This document shows, piece by piece, positions 19,181-28,379 of a stretch of DNA of 64,000 nt. The notes beneath the pieces are model-generated. The model saw only the letters and a program-made list of their open reading frames with translations. It ran no database searches and was not told the origin of the DNA. The position numbers and the translations under genes are program-made. Every line of letters begins with the position of its first letter. Within the stretch, counting starts at the first letter, position 1. Location: positions 64,001 through 128,000 of the IMG/VR virus record IMGVR_UViG_3300010163_000001; one strand, 5' to 3'. The DNA comes from a virus (Duplodnaviria; Caudoviricetes).

Positions 19181-19668
19181 TTATCATCACCATTCCTCAA
19201 TATACAAGGATAATCTTGTGGAGATATAAATGTTTCATTCGCTTTACATAACGCGGATAAAAGTTCATATTTATCTTTATGACTTAGACTATCGATATAT
19301 TCTCGTATATCAGGTTCGTCGGCAACTTTTGGACAAGGTATTTTGTCATTCCTAGTAAATGTTGATGATTCTGTATATTCTCGTATACGTTGAACTTCTT
19401 TTAATATAGAAGTTAAAGTTTCTTCTAATAATGAACCGTGTTGTGTTGGTTCTAATTGATAAGGATCCTTACCTTTCAAAGGATTTACTTCTATTAAATC
19501 ATTAATAGATACCCCCATTTTTTTTGAGATTTTGTAGAAAAAATTTATGGATGGGCAATACCCTTTCATATATCCTTTCAGTAAACTCATACTAATGCCG
19601 GTTTCGATAGATAATTTGTTTAAATCTATATTTTGATATTCAAACCACTCTTTCAAATAGTGCTTCAT
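19177..19668 (-). CDS. XRE-family HTH transcriptional regulator
   Basis: LNKLSIETGISMSLLKGYMKG...PSINFFYKISKKMGVSINDLI. Confidence 0.8.
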   Translation of the reverse strand: MKHYLKEWFEYQNIDLNKLSIETGISMSLLKGYMKGYCPSINFFYKISKKMGVSINDLIEVNPLKGKDPYQLEPTQHGSLLEETLTSILKEVQRIREYTESSTFTRNDKIPCPKVADEPDIREYIDSLSHKDKYELLSALCKANETFISPQDYPCILRNGDDK

Positions 19669-19688
19669 AAAATGTTTACCTCTCTTTC

Positions 19689-20366
19689 TTAAACTTCATA
19701 AGACTCTTCTGATGATACAACAATAGGTTCTGATAATTTCTCTCCTATTACATCCTTATCTGATAATTCTTCAATTGTTACAGTATACTTCAAATTTAAC
19801 GCATCAATGAAGCGATTGAATATTTTCATGCTTAATGTATTATCACTTCGAAATACTTGCTTTAGATTAAATAACGTATTCTTATTTGGAAATCTGTCCT
19901 TATAGTGATCCAAATCAACTTTCTTTATTAAAAGAGATTTCTTAGCCGCCAATTTCAAAATATCATCATGCTCTGTTATTTCAGGTCGAAATATTTTTGC
20001 ACTTTCTGGAATAGCAACCAACAAATCTTCTTTTGTATTTGCTGTATCAATTATTGATACTGTATTCTTTATAGCCATAGCCTTCTCTATACTATAGTAT
20101 TCCTTTTCTTCTTCTGTAGTAGGTGGTACGAGGATAAACTGATTATTTGATACAAAATGATAGATACCTGGTTTATGATTTACCACATTATCATTATATT
20201 TTCCTCTATAGAAATAGAAATAATCCCCATCAAGATAAGCAATATCTTCCTTAAAATCATCCTCACTAGCATTTTCCAAATCCGGCATCAATTCAAAATC
20301 ATAAATACCATCATCTGTTACAATAATAGACTCACCTTTCGTATAATTCATAGTTGAATTTTCCAT
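19689..20366 (-). CDS. Hypothetical protein
   Basis: AGGAGG RBS. Confidence 0.8.
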   Translation of the reverse strand: MENSTMNYTKGESIIVTDDGIYDFELMPDLENASEDDFKEDIAYLDGDYFYFYRGKYNDNVVNHKPGIYHFVSNNQFILVPPTTEEEKEYYSIEKAMAIKNTVSIIDTANTKEDLLVAIPESAKIFRPEITEHDDILKLAAKKSLLIKKVDLDHYKDRFPNKNTLFNLKQVFRSDNTLSMKIFNRFIDALNLKYTVTIEELSDKDVIGEKLSEPIVVSSEESYEV

Positions 20367-20483
20367 GTTAAATTCCTCCTTTATTTGAATATTTTCTATG
20401 ATACTTCAAAATAATTAATATATCATCTTTTTTCAACAAAAAAAGAGGTGTGCTAGCGTATTGATAACACACCTCCAAAAAGT

Positions 20484-20960
20484 CTACCGCCGCATATAGT
20501 ATTTTGCGGTAACTTTATTGATAGCTTCCTTTAAAAGTAAAGATGCTGCATTATTTTTGTATATGTTAACATAAGTTATATTAGGATGAATATTTGATAA
20601 CGTCGCTGCCATTGTACTAAGGGCCCGTTGTCCACTATCCTCCTTAACATATACATATACTGGAGTATCAATATGAAGAATTTCCAATTGATATAATAAA
20701 GCAAATCCAAACTCTGTTGAGAGCATTTGAATTTCTTGAGAAAACATCATATCGAGGTTCATTATGATTAAATCATATCCACGACACGCATTTTTTATTT
20801 TTTCTCTGGATTCCTCGAGGCTGTCGGCATGATCAATCTCGCAATATGAGTATCTATTCAGATGAGAAAGTTCTTCAACAATGCTATTTTTAATCTCATC
20901 ATCATGCTCAATAATCATTATTCTAGCCGTAGTTGGTTTAAGTATCTCATGAAATTCCAT
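20484..20960 (-). CDS. Response-regulator receiver-like protein (atypical; Asn at the phosphoacceptor position)
   Basis: RIMIIEHDD...GYDLIIMNLDM...FGFALL...DTPVYVY. Confidence 0.65.
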   Translation of the reverse strand: MEFHEILKPTTARIMIIEHDDEIKNSIVEELSHLNRYSYCEIDHADSLEESREKIKNACRGYDLIIMNLDMMFSQEIQMLSTEFGFALLYQLEILHIDTPVYVYVKEDSGQRALSTMAATLSNIHPNITYVNIYKNNAASLLLKEAINKVTAKYYMRR

Positions 20961-20961
20961 T

Positions 20962-21468
20962 TTAGTTCCCCTTTTTTATCCAATCTTTTTTAATAATACT
21001 GCTCACAACAGTTACAAATTCATCTTTTGACAACGCACTTATATTCTTGCTTGTTTCAGTGTTTTCCTCGAATTGCAATTCAGACCCTCCATTAAATAAG
21101 ACAACGTCTACCACATTGGAAAAGTTTCCGGTTACGTATTTCCGGTACGTAATAAAGTCAATCGGCTTTGCGCGTGAATAAATTAGAACAGGGGTGCTTA
21201 TATGCCAAAATTCCAATGTGTGTAAAAATGTAAGGGCAAATTCTTCTGATATAGTTGGAGTGTCATTCGAAAACTTCATTTCTCGATCCATAATAATTAG
21301 ATCATACCCATTTTTGGGATCAGATATTTTTTCTCTTGCATCAAAAAGAGTTTTTGATACAGTAACCGAAGGACATCCGGCATAAATTGAATCTTTTGAA
21401 ATACTGCGGACAACGTACTCATCATTTTCAATTATTAATACTCTTAATTCTGGTTTTTCAACTTTCAT
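20962..21468 (-). CDS. Response-regulator receiver-like protein
   Basis: Start at ATG 21468 (MKVEK) behind AGGAGG; RVLIIENDE...GYDLIIMDREM...TPVLIYS. Confidence 0.7.
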   Translation of the reverse strand: MKVEKPELRVLIIENDEYVVRSISKDSIYAGCPSVTVSKTLFDAREKISDPKNGYDLIIMDREMKFSNDTPTISEEFALTFLHTLEFWHISTPVLIYSRAKPIDFITYRKYVTGNFSNVVDVVLFNGGSELQFEENTETSKNISALSKDEFVTVVSSIIKKDWIKKGN

Positions 21469-21511
21469 TTTTATTATCCTCCTTTTTTCTATATAAAAAT
21501 AATATATGTTA

Positions 21512-22141
21512 TTAATCGAATGGTGTCTTTTGATTCTCTTTTGTAATATTATTATCATACGCATGATTTTCTATAATATAATTCATGCATAATAAACTCA
21601 TTGTAATTTCATTGGTAAAGCTAAAATCTTTTAATATTCCGAATAATATTCCAATCTCTTGAAACGTTAGTGATATACAATAATTTGATTTATTCACATA
21701 TAGGTGAATCCCTTCATATTCTTTATCACCTATATGTACAATTGTTGGTATTGCTTGCATTACAGATTGATCATAATCTCCTTTATGAGTAGTTTTTGAC
21801 AATCTCTTATAATCTGCATTAAAAATTAGATGGTTATCATCATTCAATAGAAATAAGTCATTAAACTTATCATCATAAAACCATTTCATGATATCATTAA
21901 AGAATGATATCACATGAAATAAATTCTTCGGTGTAATTTTATATGACGCTTTTGCATAATCATATTCTTCTGCTATATTTTTTGGTGGTTTATATCTTAT
22001 ATATAATACAGGATTTACATTTATTAGTAGATTACTTTTTCCTTTCCCATTTAACATTCCGTTTGGGAGATGCATGAAAAAGTCTAAATCCATTCTTGAA
22101 TTTGACCATATTTTCCTTGTTATTTTATTTATTGAATTCAT
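21512..22141 (-). CDS. Hypothetical protein
   Basis: GGAGG RBS. Confidence 0.8.
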   Translation of the reverse strand: MNSINKITRKIWSNSRMDLDFFMHLPNGMLNGKGKSNLLINVNPVLYIRYKPPKNIAEEYDYAKASYKITPKNLFHVISFFNDIMKWFYDDKFNDLFLLNDDNHLIFNADYKRLSKTTHKGDYDQSVMQAIPTIVHIGDKEYEGIHLYVNKSNYCISLTFQEIGILFGILKDFSFTNEITMSLLCMNYIIENHAYDNNITKENQKTPFD

Positions 22142-22238
22142 GCTTATCCTCCATATATCTTTTTAAAAGGTTGTAAAAAAGTGAATAGAAATGTTAACAT
22201 TTCTATTCACTAAAAATAATATGTCGTCATAAAAATAA

Positions 22239-22385
22239 GACGGAGGTAAACCCACCCAAGCACTTTATTTTATGCTATGGGTGGGCTACATGAGAAAACA
22301 CCAAACGTCGAAAAGTTCCTGCAGGAACGCTAATCAGAGGAGCTACCTCTATATAGGGTAATTCCGCCTATATTATCCTATATTA
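22239..22385. ncRNA. Candidate structured RNA / regulatory element
   Basis: Locally GC-richer intergenic tract with several stems (see findings). Confidence 0.3.
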
Positions 22386-22410
22386 TATAAAAGTTATTCT
22401 GATTTATTTT

Positions 22411-23880
22411 TTAATCATAAATTTTAATTCGTGTAACTTTCTTGATTTTTGTTTCTTCTAAGTAATCTATACGTGTCTTTAATTTCTTTTTCGTGTAAGG
22501 AAATCCCATATCTGCAAACATGAAGTAAAATACATCAGATCCATCTGCCAAAGGTCTTGCTCTTCCACTACTTTGATTATCGTCTATTTTTGTGCAAATA
22601 CTGCATGATATTACATACTTTATCAAAGAGACATTGAGACCTTCGCTAAATGACTGATACGTAGATACAATCATATCACATGAGTTTTTACATTCCTCTC
22701 TTTCTTCATCTGGAACTTTCCCATGATATCTTCCAATCTTATATATATCTCCATATTTTTCTAGTAGAATCCTATGCAATTCATCTGTGTGCTCTATTAA
22801 ATTTACTAAAATAAGTATCTTATAGTTATTTTTATTTGTCTTTCTAATCATATCTAAGACATATTCTAAAGTGGAGAAGAATATGTCTTGTTTAAATTGA
22901 TATTTCATATATTCGTAGAAACTAAATCCTCTTTTCGTATATACAGAAGCTCTATCTAATTCAGAAGGTCTTGAATTGTATTGCACAATAATTGCTACCG
23001 TAAATTTTAGAGTATTCATCAATTCTGCAGATGGTCGAATAATTGGAACATTATGAAAGATATTATAATACAATCGCTCTTTCTCTTTATCCGATTGACC
23101 ATAATCCCCTGATAAGTAAATCGTTTTATCAATACTTGTAAATGCGTTTATTTTAATAATGTTTGAAATATTTCTATGAGACTCATCAAATACTTTGAAT
23201 CCTATTTTCATTTTTTCCATTAGTATATTAAGAGAATGAAACCCATATTTTTTTCCAAATGAGTTTAATAATCCTGGAGTACATAAGAAGATATCATATT
23301 CCCATACAGGGAAATCACCAAATGCAATTTTCTTTAATAGTAAGGAATCGTCAATAAGAAGTATACGAGATGGATCCATTGTAGAATCTTCCTTTATAGC
23401 AGATACCCATTGTTTTAGGATGTCTTTCTTATAACACATAATCAATGTTTTTACATTGAAATATGAGATTAGATAAATCGTAAGTAACGTTTTTCCCAAT
23501 CCTTGAGATAAGTAAACAAACCACTGTTTTTTCTTTTCTGATGATAAAATTTGTTGAATAATTACATACTGAACTTCTCTTGGTGTGATATTATCATTCA
23601 AATGAAATGGTGAATTCAATGATTCTTCTTTTGTTGGTAGTATATCTACCACCTTATAAGTTGGAAATTGTGCTTGTAAGAATAATCTGTCATGTAAGTG
23701 TGTTACGAAACATGGATCTGTATTTTCGTAATCCAAATAAAAACCGGTTACTGGATGTCTGGTGTGTCTGACTTTGTCATAGGTTGATGTAAGCTTTTCT
23801 AAATAATAATTTTGCTTTTTGTGATATGGAGTTATTCTAACTCCAGTGGTTGTTATTTGTATTTCTCCTTCTGCTTTCAT
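22411..23880 (-). CDS. SF2 DEAD/DEAH-type helicase (UvsW-like)
   Basis: LSQGLGKT, FDESH, SEGLNV, QSSGRAR. Confidence 0.88.
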   Translation of the reverse strand: MKAEGEIQITTTGVRITPYHKKQNYYLEKLTSTYDKVRHTRHPVTGFYLDYENTDPCFVTHLHDRLFLQAQFPTYKVVDILPTKEESLNSPFHLNDNITPREVQYVIIQQILSSEKKKQWFVYLSQGLGKTLLTIYLISYFNVKTLIMCYKKDILKQWVSAIKEDSTMDPSRILLIDDSLLLKKIAFGDFPVWEYDIFLCTPGLLNSFGKKYGFHSLNILMEKMKIGFKVFDESHRNISNIIKINAFTSIDKTIYLSGDYGQSDKEKERLYYNIFHNVPIIRPSAELMNTLKFTVAIIVQYNSRPSELDRASVYTKRGFSFYEYMKYQFKQDIFFSTLEYVLDMIRKTNKNNYKILILVNLIEHTDELHRILLEKYGDIYKIGRYHGKVPDEEREECKNSCDMIVSTYQSFSEGLNVSLIKYVISCSICTKIDDNQSSGRARPLADGSDVFYFMFADMGFPYTKKKLKTRIDYLEETKIKKVTRIKIYD

Positions 23881-23936
23881 ATAAACCTCCTTTCAAGTAA
23901 TAATCACGGGTAGGATTTTTCCTACCCGTGATTTCC

Positions 23937-24101
23937 TTATTTAATATTTAATTCTGTCTTTACCTGATTAAATGTATCTGTAACTATTTGCTCTGTTAAT
24001 TCATCATAATCTTCAATGTTTTCAACCTTTGTCTTTGGAAACATTCTGGTACGATTTCCTTTTTCATCTATTGTATCAACATAACCATTGAACTCTTCCA
24101 T
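23937..24101 (-). CDS. Small hypothetical protein, 54 aa (MEEFNGYVDTIDEKGNRTRMFPKTKVE...)
   Basis: AAAGGA RBS, followed by a hairpin at ~23902-23933. Confidence 0.6.
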   Translation of the reverse strand: MEEFNGYVDTIDEKGNRTRMFPKTKVENIEDYDELTEQIVTDTFNQVKTELNIK

Positions 24102-24158
24102 AACATCCACATCCTTTCAAATATTATATGAATGTTTTTAAAGATATGAAGCGTATAA

Positions 24159-25790
24159 TTATTCGGAATCTGGTTTATCTGTAATTAGAATATATAACAT
24201 CCTCATACATGTCGAGTTCCATCTTGGGATTTCAAATTTTATAATAGAGGAACCAATAGGATTATCATCATCTATAAAAAGTTCCCCACTCATATGGACA
24301 ATTCCATCATCATAATGAGAGTGATTTGTAAGTTTCTTGTGGTGTTTTTCATCCAATTCAATATCTTTATCGCAAAAGGCAGTATAAACTTTCAATTCGT
24401 GACAACGAGATACACATGAATCAGAATATGGTTCTGTAAACCATAATTGATAATCATATCTTCCTGCCCCTAATTCAAACGCCCAATAAAGCATATTTTC
24501 GTTACGAATATCCCTCATCTGTCCCCATTCAAATGATGAGCAGGCATCTAAAGCAAATTCTTGTGTTGGTATGGAATTTCGTGTTTCTTCAAAATCCAAT
24601 AGTTCTTTCTTTGTACCATCTGGTAGTGCTATATCAAGTGTATTATCCCAAAAATATTCAACCAGTGGAGTACCAACAAATTTCTTTATTTCAGATGGAT
24701 AATCTATAATATCATGTGGAATACTATGATTTGGTTTATCACATGGACGATGATGGTGATGATGATGCTTAGGTGGTTTACAATCTGTGGATCCAAGTCC
24801 TCCACATCTATCGTCTTTAATATATTTATCATCATCAATCGTAACACCATATGGAAGGAATATTCCTTGACAAAATGCTTTTCCGGCTTCAAAATTTTGT
24901 GTATTTCGATTAATTCCAAGTAAATTCCTCCATTTTGTTAAAAATGAAGCAGGATTCGGATTTGGAGGATAATCTAAAAAGACAAAAATATGTCCTTCAT
25001 TATCTGCTTTAAAATAATCGGCATCTACAACTCCAACCGTATTTGTTAATCGAATACCCGTCTTACTCCCAATTCCGCTTCTTGGGAATAAAAATAATCC
25101 CCAATTAGGATTTGTAAAAACAGTTCGGATTCCAGTAGGGATTTTAATTGTTGTACCTGGGCATAACTCAAAGCTAAATGGTGCAAAAAAATCATACCCA
25201 GCAGAATCCGTTGTAGAACGTTTCGGCAATTTGATATTTTTATACATTTCCTTTAATTCATTAGGAGAAAAATCCGCTTGTGGAAATGTCTTCGTCATAT
25301 CCTTTACATATTCTTCAAGAGAGACTTTTTCAAATCTTGCTACCTTATTTTTACACTCAATATTTTTCCAATTCATAGGTTTTACTTTATTCAGTGCTTC
25401 TGTAAATTCATTTGTTTCAACATCTGGACGGAATGGGATCTCTGCGATTAATGTTGAATTGAGCATTTCATCTGTATAATTATAATGGTCAAATGTTCCG
25501 TATACGATAACAGGAATTTTGTATGTAGGAAATCCTGTTATCCACTTTAATAAATCAAAAGATAAATCTTCCGTCATCATAGTATCTGCTATATTAAATT
25601 CCCTTATTCTTGACCCAAGAATAATCACATCTAAATCTCTTTTAAAACGAAAAGATGACATAATTTGATTCATGGCGTCTTGTTTACATGTAACATGTGT
25701 TACACGTAGATCTTGTCGATTTACTTTCTTTAAATAGTATTCTAAGATACTATATTTGTAATCATTCGATTCAACTACTAATATATCCAT
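24159..25790 (-). CDS. dut: Trimeric dUTPase fused to an N-terminal receiver-like domain and a C-terminal unknown domain
   Basis: All five motifs present: SAGYDF, PRSGIG, GVVDADY, CQGIF, RCGGLGST. Confidence 0.88.
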   Translation of the reverse strand: MDILVVESNDYKYSILEYYLKKVNRQDLRVTHVTCKQDAMNQIMSSFRFKRDLDVIILGSRIREFNIADTMMTEDLSFDLLKWITGFPTYKIPVIVYGTFDHYNYTDEMLNSTLIAEIPFRPDVETNEFTEALNKVKPMNWKNIECKNKVARFEKVSLEEYVKDMTKTFPQADFSPNELKEMYKNIKLPKRSTTDSAGYDFFAPFSFELCPGTTIKIPTGIRTVFTNPNWGLFLFPRSGIGSKTGIRLTNTVGVVDADYFKADNEGHIFVFLDYPPNPNPASFLTKWRNLLGINRNTQNFEAGKAFCQGIFLPYGVTIDDDKYIKDDRCGGLGSTDCKPPKHHHHHHRPCDKPNHSIPHDIIDYPSEIKKFVGTPLVEYFWDNTLDIALPDGTKKELLDFEETRNSIPTQEFALDACSSFEWGQMRDIRNENMLYWAFELGAGRYDYQLWFTEPYSDSCVSRCHELKVYTAFCDKDIELDEKHHKKLTNHSHYDDGIVHMSGELFIDDDNPIGSSIIKFEIPRWNSTCMRMLYILITDKPDSE

Positions 25791-25854
25791 CTTTATAAAA
25801 ATCTCCTTTCTTCTATATGTTTTTATTATTGATTGGTTCGTATATAATTAATTT

Positions 25855-25934
25855 CCGTTTTTCTCCTTCTTTCTTTAATATATTCTTTTTATAGCTATAA
25901 GAAGAAAATAAAAGAACAAAGGAGGATAAGTATT
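25855..25934 (+). promoter_or_regulatory. Conserved promoter/leader module, copy 2
   Basis: CCGTTTTTCTCC...ATATATTCTTTTTATAGCTATAAGAAGAAAATAAAA...AGGAGGATAA. Confidence 0.85.
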
Positions 25935-26303
25935 ATGGCTAATTTAAGACTTATTGATTTCGGACAAGAGGTTAGTGTATCACTCATTGAAAGTGATGAC
26001 CGCTGTTGTTTCATTGTTAATAAAACAATGTCAGAAGGAAATCAAACCCTTCTGAAGAGGACTCTTCTGACGGCAACAATCGGATTTCAAACAAAAATGT
26101 TTGTAAATCCTTCGTCTGGGATTGTCAAGATTGCAACATATGTGGATGATAACAACCCAGAATTGGATTGTGATATCGAAATGACCGCATCAGACGGCTG
26201 GCGAATGGTGGCAGCAAACTCCGGAAAGAAACAAATCTATGCTCTTACCAAAGAAAATGTTTATGATATAATTGAGCATTTTAAAAGAATATATTGCTGG
26301 TAA
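25935..26303 (+). CDS. Orphan protein in conserved expression cassette 2
   Basis: Shared leader; terminator GACGGGTGGAA...TTCCGCCCGTCTTTTTT downstream. Confidence 0.8.
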   Translation: MANLRLIDFGQEVSVSLIESDDRCCFIVNKTMSEGNQTLLKRTLLTATIGFQTKMFVNPSSGIVKIATYVDDNNPELDCDIEMTASDGWRMVAANSGKKQIYALTKENVYDIIEHFKRIYCW

Positions 26304-26361
26304 GATGCAGTAAAGGACGGGTGGAATATTACAATTTCCGCCCGTCTTTTTTTGTCTTACT

Positions 26362-28365
26362 TTAATCAATATAATTACTTAAGTCTCTAATGAATAATGC
26401 ATCCAAATGACTTGGAGCATCCTTTTCATATAATTCTGGAGAGATTAATTGTTGTTTGATATATCCATATGATAGAGAAACTAAAGCAGACGGATTATTC
26501 TTTAATCCATTACTAACCGGAACAACACATACATCATCCGGGTCTCCATTTCTACTCCAATCTGGATATTTTAAAATATTGGTCTTTCTCCGAATTAATC
26601 CTTTGATGATAGATTCGATGTGTACCAAATTAATATTAATTCCAATGGATATAAAACTCTCTGCTAACATCTGACAAATATCAGAAAGAGAATTTTCCGA
26701 CGTATTTTTCTTACTCAATATTTTCTCAATTAATTTAATTGGCTCTGTTAATTCTTTATTCTTAATTTCTACTACAAATAAAGTAGAGTCATCATCATCG
26801 ATAACTGCTTCTAATGGAATAGGAGCGACTTTTCCTTTCAATGCTTTAAACGCTTTTGTTAATTTTTCAGAAAGGTACATATTAGAGCTATTATCCTCCG
26901 AAATATTGTAAACTAATTTTCCCTTTCTATCTACAACTTTAAATTCCTTTGTATAATAGTAATCCTTATCATCATCCTGTTCTACTTGCACGTTATCTAA
27001 TAAAAGATACAATTCTTGTTCATTTGTAGGATTATCTGATACGGATATCTCAGTTGAATTTATTTCAAATAATTCATTAAATGATTCATCAAAACTAATA
27101 GTAGATGATTCTGTTCCTTGGTAATGTTTTGATGATAACACAATTTGTCCTAATGGATTACTTCCTTTTGTAGCAGCATAACTACCAACCGAAAATAAAT
27201 CTTGATTAATGTCAAATAAGGTACCATAACATTTTCTACAGATACCTTCTTTTGAATTACAAGTTGCAGGAGAAGCAAAATTTACTTTCTTCCCAATCAA
27301 ATCTTTGTCTTTTTTTGAATTTAATAATTTCAGGTTTCCCCTTGTGTCATAATAATATCTTCCATCCAATAGATTCAAAAAGTTATCATCTTTAATTAAA
27401 TATGTGATATAATGTATAGAATTACAAGTTTCATAATCACTTCTTAAGTAGCTGGGAGAAGTTGCTAACATATTGATACGCTTGCTAAATGCCCCGGGTT
27501 CTCCCATCTTCTGTTTTGTCATAATTAGAGATTTTCTGGCAGAGCAAGCCTCTATATATTGATAACTTGGTTTACTTAATCCTCCGACCAATAGGTTCGT
27601 ATCTAAGATTAATGGGATTGTGTTTCCATTGATATCTGACTTCATACCAATCTTACAATATAATTCTTTAAACTGACCCTTCGAAATATTCTTACCAGAA
27701 AGAAGAAGTGGTTTCAAGTCACAATCTACTTGTGTAAATAATTCAATTAATCGATTCGTTCTCCGGTCTAATTCTTGTTCAATTTCCATTGGTTGTAAAG
27801 ATGGGTCAATCTTTCCAAAGATAAGCTCAGAAATTTCTGGACACTTCTTTTCTGCTTGATAAATGTCATAAATAGAAGTAGACATCCCCATTAACAAACA
27901 GAATGCATTTGAAATTGCCCGTATATTATGAAAAATTTCATCACATATCTTATTCTTACTGTGAAAATCTCCTTCAAAATAAGGAAAGATTCGATTATCC
28001 ATGTAATCTACTAACATTTTAATTGTATTTGGTTGCGAAAAGTCTATGATAAATGTTTCATCTAATACATCACTTCGATCCATATCCATAAATCCATACC
28101 AAACAACAAGATTCGAAATGAAATTGTTTAAGGGTAACTCATACATCTTCTTATCGTCTTTATGAAACTTGAAATGAATGATTCTATGACGAATCTCTTC
28201 TATTTCAAATCCCAATTTCATAATATCAATCATCTGCTGTAATATCAATTCATAACATTTTACATCTGATAGTACGTCATCCATAATCAAATACATATTA
28301 GGATTGTATTTATCTAGCAGGACTTCTAAGGAATCCTTTGGCTTGTTATAATAATCTATCCACAT
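26362..28365 (-). CDS. Phage multisubunit RNA polymerase beta' subunit, C-terminal half
   Basis: Bridge helix ARKSLIMTKQKMGEPGAFSKRI, Zn site SPATC...GICRKCYG, trigger loop VGSYAA...PLGQIVLSSKH. Confidence 0.9.
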   Translation of the reverse strand: MWIDYYNKPKDSLEVLLDKYNPNMYLIMDDVLSDVKCYELILQQMIDIMKLGFEIEEIRHRIIHFKFHKDDKKMYELPLNNFISNLVVWYGFMDMDRSDVLDETFIIDFSQPNTIKMLVDYMDNRIFPYFEGDFHSKNKICDEIFHNIRAISNAFCLLMGMSTSIYDIYQAEKKCPEISELIFGKIDPSLQPMEIEQELDRRTNRLIELFTQVDCDLKPLLLSGKNISKGQFKELYCKIGMKSDINGNTIPLILDTNLLVGGLSKPSYQYIEACSARKSLIMTKQKMGEPGAFSKRINMLATSPSYLRSDYETCNSIHYITYLIKDDNFLNLLDGRYYYDTRGNLKLLNSKKDKDLIGKKVNFASPATCNSKEGICRKCYGTLFDINQDLFSVGSYAATKGSNPLGQIVLSSKHYQGTESSTISFDESFNELFEINSTEISVSDNPTNEQELYLLLDNVQVEQDDDKDYYYTKEFKVVDRKGKLVYNISEDNSSNMYLSEKLTKAFKALKGKVAPIPLEAVIDDDDSTLFVVEIKNKELTEPIKLIEKILSKKNTSENSLSDICQMLAESFISIGININLVHIESIIKGLIRRKTNILKYPDWSRNGDPDDVCVVPVSNGLKNNPSALVSLSYGYIKQQLISPELYEKDAPSHLDALFIRDLSNYID

Positions 28366-28379
28366 ATCTTCATCCTCTC

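Noticed and set aside
22239-22385. tRNA or SRP RNA
   Set aside because: No cloverleaf with T-loop GTTCRA and no SRP GGAA/GCAGC core found by eye.
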